The notes beneath the pieces were generated by a model. That model had not been told where the DNA came from. It did not search any database and saw only the letters and a program-made list of their open reading frames with translations. This document shows positions 28,908 through 41,280 of a DNA stretch of 64,000 nucleotides, piece after piece; the stretch's first letter is position 1; every line of letters begins with the position of its first letter. The translations under genes were made by a program, and so were the position numbers. Source of the DNA: the human T2T-CHM13v2.0 reference genome, Homo sapiens. Location of the stretch: NCBI RefSeq assembly GCF_009914755.1, contig NC_060929.1. One strand, written 5' to 3'.

Positions 28908-29677
28908 TTGACAGTTTTTTAATCTATATAAAAGCATAAACTCCATAAGGCAATCAAGTACCCATTGTTCTTTAGCTACTTTGAGGCTTTTTTTTGACAT
29001 TACCAAATATTAGCAGGAATGTTCAAAATCAATTTCACATTAAAAAAATTCCTAACAGTCAGCATTCTTCTTATTACAGGAATCACCACAGAAACACATG
29101 TAAAAACATAAGATTTTACCATTCCCTTAAATATGCATGAAATTATTTTAATTATTTTATTCTCATTCTCTCTTTTACTACAACGTGTTCCTAGTAAATT
29201 TTAAAGTGTATTTTTTAGCAAGAGAAAAAAAGGGTCAATTGTACACTCATATGTACAAGTTATCATGAATTTAGGTCTATATGGCTTAACGAGAGGATTT
29301 TCTTTTCATTCTTTACTTGATTATTCACCTTCAACAGTAGAGTTGTGAATTTAAAATTTAAATGACCTACGTATTAACTAATAAATACCGTACAGACCTT
29401 GGCATTAATTCAAATGGTATAATTCTGACAGCAGTAAAACAGGAATCATGGTGGATCCACTACTATAGGAGGCATGGTAAATGTTTCAAAAGATTGCAAG
29501 ATAGTGATGTCTGACCAATTGTAAAGCTAAGTCATTCCTAGTATATTAATTCCAGGATTTCATGATTAAAATGTCTTAACCATTTTTATTAAAGTGTGGT
29601 ATACTTTAGCATAACTGATAAATAAATCCATAATTAATTTAACTTACCCATCATCGATTTACAAATTTTAAGTTATA

Positions 29678-29756
29678 TTAGGTTGGTACAAAAATAATTG
29701 TGGTTTTTGCCATTTCTTTTAATGGCAAAAACTGCAATTACTTTTGTACCAACCAA
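29678..29756. mobile_element. MADE1 (Hsmar1-derived palindromic MITE)
   Basis: ttaggttggtacaaaaataattgtggtttttgccatt...aatggcaaaaactgcaattacttttgtaccaaccaa; ~80 bp, two long TIRs, flanked by TA. Confidence 0.95.
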
Positions 29757-32029
29757 TACAAACTTTCTTTGATACTGAGGTATCTTTTCAGAACAAGAAA
29801 GATAAAATAGGTCAAAGGATTTTGCCAAAAAAGTAATTTGACCATTTACATAAATAATACCCTAATCAGGGAAACATTTCTGAAGCCCTTCTTGATCACC
29901 TTCCTATTCCTTGGTATTCCAAACATGAACCTCGCTGTCATCATCAATAAGCTATGGGCATCCTGATTTATTTGCGTGTCCTTAGTACTGTGCACAAAGC
30001 CTCACTGGTAGACAGTAGACATTACATAAACACTTGTCTATGAAGAAATCTATTCAAGCTTTCTGTTTGGACTTGAATAAAAAAATATGAAATCTTTCCA
30101 TCTATCAAGAAAACAGAACCCCACTGCCCTTTGGGGGTTTAGCTGAGGCCAACGTATGATAAAGTTGTCACTAAAGAATTCAAAAAAATATATAAGGTTG
30201 AGAATGATCAAAATAAATGTAATGAGATTTCATTAGACAGACAACCAGTCTAGACATAAGAATGCTTCCAACCATCTGAGTAACAAGTCAATATGACTAT
30301 TTTCTGGTAAAACTGGGAATGCTTACAGACGCCAGGGGTGAAAGGCATTCAACAATGACTTATTTTAAGGATGAATTTGTAAACTGCCAGATAAAGGGCG
30401 AGAGATTGCCAGGATGGTATCCTACCCACCTGCCACCTTATTGCAACGGCCCTGAGTTGCAGACACTTGTCACTTATGTGCCCTGGACTGTGTGTAAGAA
30501 CTGTGTTCCCAATGCACAGTCAACACAAAGTCCTCTGTGGTTCACTGGAACCACCACCAGCACCATCACCATCACTAGAAACAAACAGATTCAAAAGCTA
30601 GCAAATAACATACCTGTTTTCATCACCTGTACTAAAAAATAAGTCCTGTCTAGAATAGAATTTTAGAACAAATGAAGATTGCATTCAGCACCCTGTCCAT
30701 CCTTTTCCCGTGCCACTCCCTTACACCTACCAGTAAAATATTGGTCCTCTTTCAGCCCAGCAGTCCTCTGACCACACCATACCTGAGCACATTTACTGTG
30801 GACAGCATGTTTAGCTTGAAGTCTTTCCTTCTACCCCATCATAGCTACCACTGTTGTGAGAACTCCCATGTCCAGCACTCCAGGGAGGTGACATCAGGTA
30901 CGAATAAGGTGATACCAGGTACCGTGACTATTTGTTAAAATGTCATGAACTAGAATAAGGCCTGGAAATACACAAATGTATATCATAGGTAAATAAATGA
31001 CTGTTAAATATGTTTATTTGGTATGATGCTAAAAGGATATGCATTCTTATAAAGGAGCCTTGTATCTGGCAAATGTGTTCCAACATACTCACTGATGATG
31101 ACGGTGAGTGATGTCTATAAATATACATGGAAATATGTTTGTTTTTGCTAAAATAAATGTATTTTATTCTAAAATATTCTAAAAATACTGAAATAAAAAA
31201 TATTTCATTTATTAACCATCAGAATGTAAGATCTAGTTTCCATAATCCAGGGTCTATTTAGAATATATTACGTAATTATTCAGTGTTAGACGTGGTAGTG
31301 ATGGCTCAAGAGAAAATAAGATTTTTAGTAAGGAAAATGACTAGTTCAGAAAATAAGTCAACTATAGAAAGAAATCAATCAAGTATCCATTGTGTTTGGT
31401 TCCTATAAACAGTGCCTGAACATCTAGCCTGAACTGGTACAAAATCACTTTAATTGCACTACTGCTTTTCAGTTTAAAACCACTATCAGTGATTTAATGT
31501 CAAACTCTGGGTCTTTATTCAATTATCAGAGTGGGGGATTCCCTGAGAAATTGAGAGGTGTGCTTCAAAGTGCAACTGAGATTTGAACAAGCCTATTAAG
31601 TGTCTCTGTCCTCACTTTCTATATAGCATATTTAATCAAAAGTTTAGAGTCATCATGGTTGATGTGAAAGTCAACAAGACTTATTATGTCTGAATGAAAT
31701 GACTGAGGGAAATAAAGATAAAAAACATTAAGTTTATTAGGGAACAGAAAAAAATGGGAAAGAGATGGACACAAGGAGAGGGGGAGAGAGGTAGGTAATT
31801 TATAGTTTAAGTCAATAAAAAGTTTAAAATTTTCAATTGTATGGAGTTAACATGAGTAGAACTTTTAAAAATCCTTTACAGTAGAAATAAGCAAAAAAAT
31901 GCTATTTTAATTAAATTCCAGCTTCCTGCTCTAAGCTCGCAGTGCTGTACTTACAGCCATTTCCAAACCAAACCAAAACCTTCCTCTAAAGAAGCCTGGG
32001 AAATTGAGGTAATAGTCTATAAGTGTCAT

Positions 32030-32408
32030 CAGTGGTGTTCACGCAAATACTCTTGTCTCTCTCTCCTTTTAAGTACATGGAAAGATTGTACTCTCCAAAC
32101 ATGAGGTAGGCTCATGCAACTTCTGTGGGTTTATTAAAAGTGACAAATGACACACCTATGACAAGTACTTTCTCTATGGAAATTTAAGTACCCGTGTGAG
32201 TTTTTACTATGTTCTTTTCTCCCCCTAGGTATCAAGGAAATTTCAGATACAGCTAGATCCTAGAGTGAGAATACAGGGTAAAACATTCTCCTAGGCAAAT
32301 CAGGTTGATATGTAACATGAATAACAAATAAAATATTACTGCTTTAAGCTACTACATTTCTGGTCTTGATTGTTGCAAAAGCCTAGCCTACCTCTTCTGC
32401 CTGATACA
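32030..32408 (+). mobile_element. MLT1I/J-like MaLR solo LTR
   Basis: 3' end gctttaagctactacatttctgg...gcctagcctacctcttctgcctgataca. Confidence 0.55.
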
Positions 32409-34189
32409 TACAGAGTGTCAACATTCAAGGTTGACAAACACAGATTATGTTTGTTAAAGGATCGGCTCTAGGTAACTGAAGATTAGAAGTTGATATGTCA
32501 TAAAAACACACAGATTTCACACTTTCACTCCCTACCTCTAAGATATTGGCCATTTTATTTTTGCTGGCATAGTTTATCTGATGATTAGATGATCCATTAT
32601 ATTCTGATGATAAAATGATCTATTTTATGTAAATGGTGAGAAATAGCAGTCAATACATTTTAATAATTTTCTCTATCCTTTTGTATAATCATACCAGTTC
32701 TCAAAGCCTTTGACTTTGTTCAACTATTAAAAATTAGGTATTAAATAGTAATATTAAAATGTCATGTTATAAGCAATATGAATCAAGTTGTTACCTATTT
32801 TGGGGAGCAGAATGAGACTAAATGAGATTTATGAACTATATTTCAAGTGCAGATTTCATAATACAGGTGTCACATGGACCTACTGGAGCAATAAAATGGA
32901 TCACTATTCACACTGCAATTGTGGGTCCAATACATTAAATAAGAACCAACTGGCCAGAAATTACTTTCTTAATATAAAAACCTTCTAAACTTGTGAATAA
33001 TTCAGACTTTCATTTTTTTAATTTTGTTTTTGTTTCAATTAACTACCACTTGTATATTTGTGTTCATTACTAGATACTTGACATGGTTCCCTTAATTACT
33101 CTGTGGCCACTCTGTGTGAGTGTCAGTCAGGATAAACTAGGTTACACCTTGGAAAAAAACAAAACAAAACAAAAAAAGAAAACATCTAAATCTTGGTGAT
33201 TCTTTGTGACAAAAGCCATGAATAAATGTGCTTTCATAGCCAAAATATAGTGTCTACATATTCATAACAGCAATATTAAATATCATATGAAGACTAAAAC
33301 TGGGCAAAATTATTACAGTATAGCTTCAAAACAGCATAGCATAAAAGACTGCAGAAATTTATGTCTTTTCAATCATGCTGTTGTATAGATTAGCTCAATT
33401 CCTGCTGGTTCTGCTAATGTGTAAAAACCCATTTTAAACTGGAGTTCAAGCTGGAATAATCTCATGATTCTTATTGGTCTCATATATCCTCTATGGCTCT
33501 AGTTAGGATGATCTCGTGGTTTACTTAGTTTTTTTTTCTCATATAAAAATTTCACCAAAAGTGTTCTAGGCTATGAAAGATTAAGTCTTGGAATAAAATC
33601 AAAGATTAGGTTCACAAAAATAATAAACTATTGACAAGGTGTACCAGTCATTTTGTTAAAGACGTGGTCAATAATTAGGTTTATAAACTTTTTTACTAAC
33701 TGGTAATTGAATTGACCGAATTTACCAGGTGCTTTGACACCATACACACCTCCTTTAACTGATGGTATGGAAAAGAATTCCAAGATCATAATTTATTTGA
33801 ACTATTTCCCCAACAAATTTAGTGTATAGCACATTATCATGACTTTCTTTAACTTACAATGCCTTTGAAGGCATGCTTATTTTCCAGAAAGTTTATGGGA
33901 AATCCATTATTAAATTTGGCCACATCTTTGAAAAATAAGCAATGTTCTTACATCGAGGAACAAATGTTGCCTTAAAGAATAATTTAAGTGCAGCCTATAT
34001 TTTGTTCTTTCAGTTGTTTCTGGATAGCTGATCAGAGATTTATACAGAATGCTTAAGAATTCATTTTCATATAAATTCTACCAAAGAATCAAAGGAAACC
34101 TAAGCAGATTTTAAAACATCACATCTACCATACCCATATTCTCACTCTGCTGGTACAGCATGCAGCATTAAACCAATAACACTGACCAC

Positions 34190-34303
34190 TAGGGTTGCCA
34201 TATGTGGGACATACTTATGCTAGGGAAAGAAAGTATGTATTATTCATCTGAAATTTAAGATTAACTGGGGGTTCTGTATTTTGTCTAAAAACCCTGGTAA
34301 CAA
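34190..34303. mobile_element. MER53 hAT MITE, with most of one arm deleted
   Basis: tagggttgcca joined directly to tgggacatacttatgcta...atctgaaatttaagattaactggg...ctgtattttgtct...ctggtaac. Confidence 0.7.
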
Positions 34304-35779
34304 CGCAGTTCCTTGAAATATAATAGTGGTCAAGTTAAATAACTGTTAATATTTCTTCTGTTTTCTCTGCCTTAGGATGAAGTATTCATTTGTGATGAGC
34401 AGTGTGCAAACAATAATAAAGCCAAATCCACATTTTTGTGACACTCCTGACAAACTGCTGCTGTATTAAAGAAATAAATTACAAGTCCTCTATTGCTCCA
34501 CTGCACAGCTCTCATCCCTATTTTTGAGGCATTTCAATCAACCTTGCAATTTTCACCAAGTAGTAAGATATTAAACATATATTTTATCTGCCCTGAAATA
34601 GCATTGATTTTGAAACTGTGAGATCTTCTAATTTTTTTTCCAGATAATGGTCAAACTGGCCCTTTGGGTTATAAATTAGGTTTTTCATGGCTAATATACT
34701 TCACATCGGCACATATTATACAAGCAAAAATTATGTCATCAAAAGGCTCTGGTACAATATGAAGGGAGCATAAATGTCAAGATTGATGATGACGGCTCGG
34801 AGCCAGCTCATTAAAGGCAATGGTGTGAATAATATAACTATGTTGCTTTTGAAAGAACCGAATATGTATTATCCACCTATCAGTGCACCAAAGCAGCGTC
34901 ATAAACATAGATCTCTAACTGCAGCCCATTTAAATGATGAAAGGGTATATATTAATCTATGAAATAGATTTTACCCAGGGGGGAAAATTGTTCTATTTAT
35001 GAAAGTTAAAAACATTCAGTGCACAGAGAAGCACTTATCAGATGAGCATCCACGGTATGCAGATGCATTTTACTAATGCTTCCTGCTAAGATAAATAGTC
35101 TGTGGTCATGGAAGATGCTACTATAATTTGCTAGAAATAAAAGAACTAAAAAGAACAACATGTAGGCAGCTTTTTGTAAAGCATGGGGAGTAAATATTCT
35201 AAATTACTGGACCTCTGTGTTTTATACAGTTAATTCAAAAATCATTGATAAAACATGACAATAAATATATACGTGTGTATATATATTATACACGCAAAAA
35301 TAACTGAGTGATTTTTTAAATATTTACTATTCCCTAAAGGTAAGTGAATATATCTTTTGGTAATAACTGTATGCTTGATTCACACCCACCTTCATTTTCA
35401 GGATCCTCAGACCCCATTACAATTTTTAGTTTGTGGACATTGTTTACATATGTGAATAGTTCCCTATTCTTTGTATCTGCAATGAGATAAAGGATTTTTA
35501 GTTTCCATGCATAACTTTAAAATTTACCAAGACAATTCAGCAGATTCTTCCATAGTACACACCACTCAGGTATCTTTGAAACAAAGTATCTTGTCTGTTA
35601 CAACGGCAATTCATAATCCAGAAGTTACAGTATTTTTTTTTCTCCAATAACCTCTTACAGATAATTCTGGGCCCATCTCTTACCTTTTGATACCCAATTT
35701 ACATATTCCAGGGAAAAATGAAATTTCAAATAAGAAAAGTACAAAATAACCACTTCTAATTCAGGGTAGGGGATGGGGC

Positions 35780-35960
35780 TTTCAATGTTCTCACATACAT
35801 TGTCTCTCTGAATACCTACACAACCTTACAAGATCACTTATAAGGTTTTCTTTCAGATTGAGAAACTGAAGACCAACAGATTATGTATGCTAAGATCCCC
35901 ACACTGATAAGTGGCACAGAACATATTTGAACCTGGGACTTCTCATTTTAGGTAGGTCAT
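35780..35960 (-). mobile_element. MIR SINE
   Basis: ttcagattgagaaactgaagac...gataagtggcacagaacatatttgaacctggg. Confidence 0.75.
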
Positions 35961-36111
35961 TTTTCACAGGGCCTCTGCTGGCCCTTGGTGTGGGAGCAAG
36001 ATGATGCCCAGTAGGGTTCCGACTTCTGGATTAGCCTGACTCTATGTCACAGGATCTTATTCCTAAAAGGGCATTTAAACATATCCTTGTTTCCCAGACT
36101 TTCTGGATAAC

Positions 36112-37156
36112 TTCTATGGTTTGAATGTGTACTCTCAAAAATTCAGTTGTTGCCAATGTGATAGTATTAAAAGGTGGGTTCTTTAAGAGATGGGTAGACC
36201 ATGAGGGCTCTGCATAGAACAGTGTTGACATATGACTTCATCTTAGAAAAAGACTCCATTTTATATTTCAAGAGGCATCATGCCAACAGGGGCCAGATGT
36301 TCGCCTAATCAGTAGCGACAATACTCAAGCAGATCAGGGTGTCACCCTTTATTATTAGTCCTCATCAGAGGACTCATGGACCATAAAATGATCTGGACTT
36401 CACCAGCTCAAGACAGCCATCCTGACAGATCCCATATTGCTGTCACTAGTGATCAGCAGCTAGGGACTCTTCCTTGCAAGACATTGTCAACAGTCTGGGT
36501 CAGGCCAGGATACTCTCTTTGTCCACGTTTCTCCCCTTGGATTGCTTCCTTAACCCCTTTCCTATGTCTCTTTCTCTTGATGTTAAGTGTTACTATGTTT
36601 GGTATGAAATTTTAATCTATAACATTTGTATATTAAGTAAACTACTAGGTATGATTTGCCATATTGACTAAGTTGTGGAGTGACTTGAGCCTGTGAGTCC
36701 ATGGCTGACAACTGAGTCAACAGATAGTACAAAGGAGAATTACCTACTTGGGAACTTTATGAAGTTCATGGTGTTTGTGATTGAAATAACATCAATAAAA
36801 GTCTGACCTTGAGAAACAAAACAAGTATACTGGTTATGTCTGACCTTGCACTGCTGACAACAGGCTCCTCCCTGTCAAATGAGAATAATATCCTTACAAA
36901 AGAGGCTTCATTAAGAGTTTGCTAGCTTGTCCTTTCTACCTTCTGCCATGCAGGGACACAGTGTTCCTCCTCTCCAGAGGATGCAGCGACAAGGTGCTAT
37001 CCTGGAAGCAGAGAGCAGCCCTCGTGAGGCACCAAACACGCCAGAGCCTTGATTTTCTACTTTCCAGCCTCCACAACTGTAAACATTAAATGTATGTACC
37101 TTATAAATTACCTACTCTCAGGTATTGTTTTAGTGGCACAAAATGGACAAATTCAC
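36112..37156 (+). mobile_element. MSTC/MSTD/MLT1A-like MaLR solo LTR, split by an ERVL LTR
   Basis: ctatggtttgaatgtg...catgagggctc [insert] ctccct...ttccagcctccacaactgtaa...cacaaaatggac. Confidence 0.8.
36211..36862 (+). mobile_element. Solo LTR, probably ERVL class (family uncertain)
   Basis: TG...CA termini; AATAAA at ~36794; perfect 5-bp TSD ggctc (36206-36210, 36863-36867); interrupts the MaLR LTR. Confidence 0.8.
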
Positions 37157-38151
37157 ACACCCAGACACGTAGTCAATTTTAATTCTAACCTCCCTTGACC
37201 AAACAATGAGTACACTGTGTCAATTCACCTTCCTAAACCTTCCTCAGATGCAATTCTTTGTCCCTAACTTTATTGCCACTGCCTTTGTTCAGGTCTTTGT
37301 TCAAGCTCACCTGGACCACTACTCTAACACCTGAACTTGGCTTCCTAGTAAAAATTTTCTCCTTTGTCTACTTCCAATTCATTCTTTATGGAAAACTTTG
37401 TCTAAAATGCAGTCAAACCATGTCATTCCCCTGCTTTAATTATTCCAATGTCACCTAAATTATCAATCAATAAAGTCTAAACATGTCCATAGGACATATG
37501 TAAGTCTCTTAATGACCTAGCTATTGATTATGTTCCTGTTAGACTGATTTCCCCATAAGGCCCAAATGAACCCTACTTTGAAGTCTCACCAACTTCCTGA
37601 TGACTCTATCATTTATCTGTCTATTTATCTATCTGTCTATCTATCTATCATCTATCATCTTTCTAATTTTATTCTAGCTCTCCATAATGTTGCCCCTTTT
37701 CCCTAGAATGGCCTTGATCTGTAGCTCTGACAAATAAAATGTTGCAAAAGTGATGCTTCAAATAACATTTTCTTTATGTGCTACAACTTTTAAACAGGAC
37801 TTTCTCTATTTCTTTCTTCTCTCATTCTCTCTCCTCTTTCTCTCTTTCCTTCTCTGTGTTTGCGTATGTCTGTGTGTGTCTGTGTCTCCAAAGGATTTTA
37901 AGTACTGACACTATAGATAATTTTCAAACTACAAAATCATTTTTTTAAAACCTTCCTTAGTTCCCTATTGCCTTTTGCCTTGAGGATAAGCATACTAACT
38001 TTTTAGAATGATATACAAGCCATAACTCTTTCTTCCCTCTTCAATTTAATCTCTCACTGTATATTCCCTTTCACTTGGACTTCACCAAACTATCTTTATT
38101 TGTTCAAACATATCATCTGTGTCTGTACTTCCTCGGATTTTCTCATGACTT

Positions 38152-38478
38152 TTTTATTGTTTGTATAAATTTAAGGGGTAAGTGAAGCTTTGTTACATTG
38201 ATATATGTCATACTTGTGAAATCTGGCCTTTTGACCATCACTCAAATAATGTGCGTTGTACTCATTTAGTAATTTTTTATCAATCATCCACCTCCCACCC
38301 TCTGAATCTCCATTGTCTATTATTCCACATTGTATGTCATATTTACACATTATTTAGCTCCAAATTATAAGTGAAAATATGCAGTATCTGACTTTCTGCT
38401 TCTGAGCTATTTCACTTAAGATAATGGCCTCCAGTTCCATCCATGTTGCTGCAGAAAAACGTGACCTCATCCTGTTTT
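38152..38478 (-). mobile_element. L1MA2/3-like 3' end
   Basis: atttcacttaagataatggcctccagttccatccatgttgctgca and adjoining 3' UTR. Confidence 0.85.
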
Positions 38479-41230
38479 AAATAATAAGAACCATCTTCTT
38501 ACTTGACTGGGTTAAAAAGTTAAAATCCAGCTCATTCACAACCTTTTCAATAATTAATTTTTAGAATTTTATAGGGAAGGTTAAATAGCACAGTATTCGT
38601 CAGTCTTGCCATGACAAGTTACCACCAAAAATTCTCAATGGCTTACAACAACTTCATTTCTCACTCTCTTTCATGTAAGCAGCTGAGGATTGGTTGCTGA
38701 ACCCTTTTCCATGTACCTTCTCATTCATTCTGGGAATCAGGCTGAAGGACAAACCCTTATTTGAACTTGCCTGTTCTGTGGTAATAGCTGGTAGATTCAT
38801 GCAATAGCTTTTACAGTTGCCTCTTGGATTTGAGACTTATCACATCTAGTCACATATAATCGGTCAAAACAAACCCATGGATCAACTCAACATCAATAGG
38901 AGGCACTGTGTGCGCTTTGGCAATAGGCAAGGATGAGTAATCCTTGTATTGGAAAGATGAGTGAACACTTGGAAACAATAATGCAGTCTAGCTCCTTTTG
39001 CCTCCATCACATTCATTCGAATAGTTTATCTCTAGAGTTTTGCTCTGAATAAAGACATGATTTATTCAGCTTTCTATCCCCAGCACCTACCACAATTCCT
39101 GAAATGCAATGTGTTCATTAACTGTTTGCTAAATAAATTATTAGATGAATGAATAGAAAAGGAAAAAATGAAGGGGAAAAGGATCTAATGTAACAACACT
39201 TCACTGCAATTAACTTTTGACAGTTATGCTGTCTTGAACTTAACCAAAAATTTCCAGAGAGCAAGTGTTTTATTCAAATTCCTAACACACCCTCCTGCAA
39301 AGTTTCTGCAAAGAGCTTGTCATGATGTGAGTATATATATTCAGAAAATCTTGCCAAGTAATGAATACATAAATAAATACAGTGAATAACAATGGTTGAC
39401 CCATTCATGTAAAACTATCCTCACCTGTAACTGCATTCTTATATCACTGCTCAGGAATTGTGTTTTTCATGTAAAGGAGATATGACCCTTCACTCGCTGT
39501 TCTTCAAAAAACTCTTTGATAAACGACTTGCTTTTGCTCTATTAAACCTAACTCTGGAAAGAACACACAGAAAACAAATTTGCTTTGTTTCATTTTTAAA
39601 TAAATCTATATAATGAAAATCCGAGGATGAAGAAAGGTCTAATTACAATGCCATAAAACAAAGCCAAAACACATATTTCTGTCCTGTTTAAAAGAAAAAG
39701 CTAAAAGCATTATTTTATTGCATTTTCTGAGAGCAGCATAAGATAACATAGACAAAGTCTCTAACTACAGTTCAGTTATTAGGAGAGTGAGCAGAAATAC
39801 TATTTGAGTGTAAGTATTTTAAAGCTGTGATGGTTAATTTTGCTGTTAGTGAGGAATCTGGGCTGGGCTATCTTCTGTTCCCTCATGCAAACATTCAGTT
39901 GTCTGGAAAGAGATGATGGTGCTATAATTGGCATAGACATTACCACTTTGCATTGAATTTGCCTGACTTTGTCATTAATTCCATCCTTGGCATGCTTGTC
40001 TCACATTCCTTTCCAAATATAAAATTTAACATCTTAATAAATCTTCCACAACTAAGTAATGCTCCCTACTGATAACACTCTATTTTCAATGTGTATTTTT
40101 TTCCAACAAGCTAAATTGAGAATCTGTGTAAAACAGAAAAGGTATAATAAAAACTAATTTATTTGTTACAGTTGGGGAAGGAGGTTCTGAAGAAGGTTTC
40201 AAGACACCTGAGATTCCGCTCTTTTAGTATTATGAAAAATAACCATTTTGAAGAAAATATTTCCAAAAACTACACAACAGTTCCCTGTTTTCTTAAAGAA
40301 GCATACAAATACGCATTTTCCCCCAAAGAGTCTGCATTATTACTATGTTTCCATTTATATGTCAAATGCTGGCACTCTTATTTTTAAGCCTACCAACAAT
40401 AGTATTTTGTTTGTCTTTGCTTATGAAATGCACCTCGGTAATTTTTTAATTTGCTACTTATTATCAACTGTAACTGAAAAAATAAGAGAATTTGGATGGT
40501 AGAATTTCTCTACAAATTGAGTCAACAAGATGGGAAAAAGGGCCAATTATAAAAAGTGAAACGCAAGCACTATAGCATATTGTTGCTATGATTATTTTTT
40601 GTTACATCAATGTTTTTCCTCCTTTTCTCATTTTTTTCTTTTAGTAATTAGCTTCCCCCAAAATTAAGGATGAGTTCTGTGCTAAAATAGATAATATGAA
40701 ACATATTCTCAAAAAATTTAGACCAACATTAATTGTAGCATATACATTATTTCATATTCTGAAAAATAAAACTACCAATTAAATTTTTCTCATCACTCAG
40801 AATTTTTTATTAACCAATAAATGACCACTTACTTACACATGCATTTTTATCTTGCACAGTGAAAAACAAAAGAAAGTATAAATGCAAGAAGCTAATTACG
40901 ATAATCTCAAATTTCTGGAGCAACTTCATTTTTCTGTGAATCTCTTTTCCATTATGTTGGCCTTCACCATGGGATATAATTTCCTTCAACCAGATTACAT
41001 AGTTCCAACAATTTTCCCCCTAGCAATTTTCATTATTTGCTTTATCAGTTTTCTCTCATTAACGAACTGAAACTCAGTTTAAGATCTGAAAAGGGACAGC
41101 ACTATGTTTATTTTCCTGGCTTAATTTGGAGAAAATGACACTTCCTTCTGACCAGACTTTCACTGTGGTTTTACTCAAAAAACTTACAGACTTTCAGATA
41201 TATAGTTCCTGTTTCCTTTGTAGGATTACG

Positions 41231-41235
<5 letters not shown>

Positions 41236-41268
<33 letters not shown>

Positions 41269-41280
41269 ACTTACACACAC
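41236..41280. repeat. (CA)n microsatellite
   Basis: Directly visible. Confidence 0.95.

Noticed and set aside
29678-29756. Strong hairpin as a novel miRNA (miR-548-like)
   Set aside because: Fully explained by the MADE1 TIRs; processing cannot be inferred from sequence alone.
30319-30938. Adjacent 107-aa and 88-aa ATG ORFs
   Set aside because: No recognisable domain, splice structure or poly(A)/TSD signature of a processed pseudogene.
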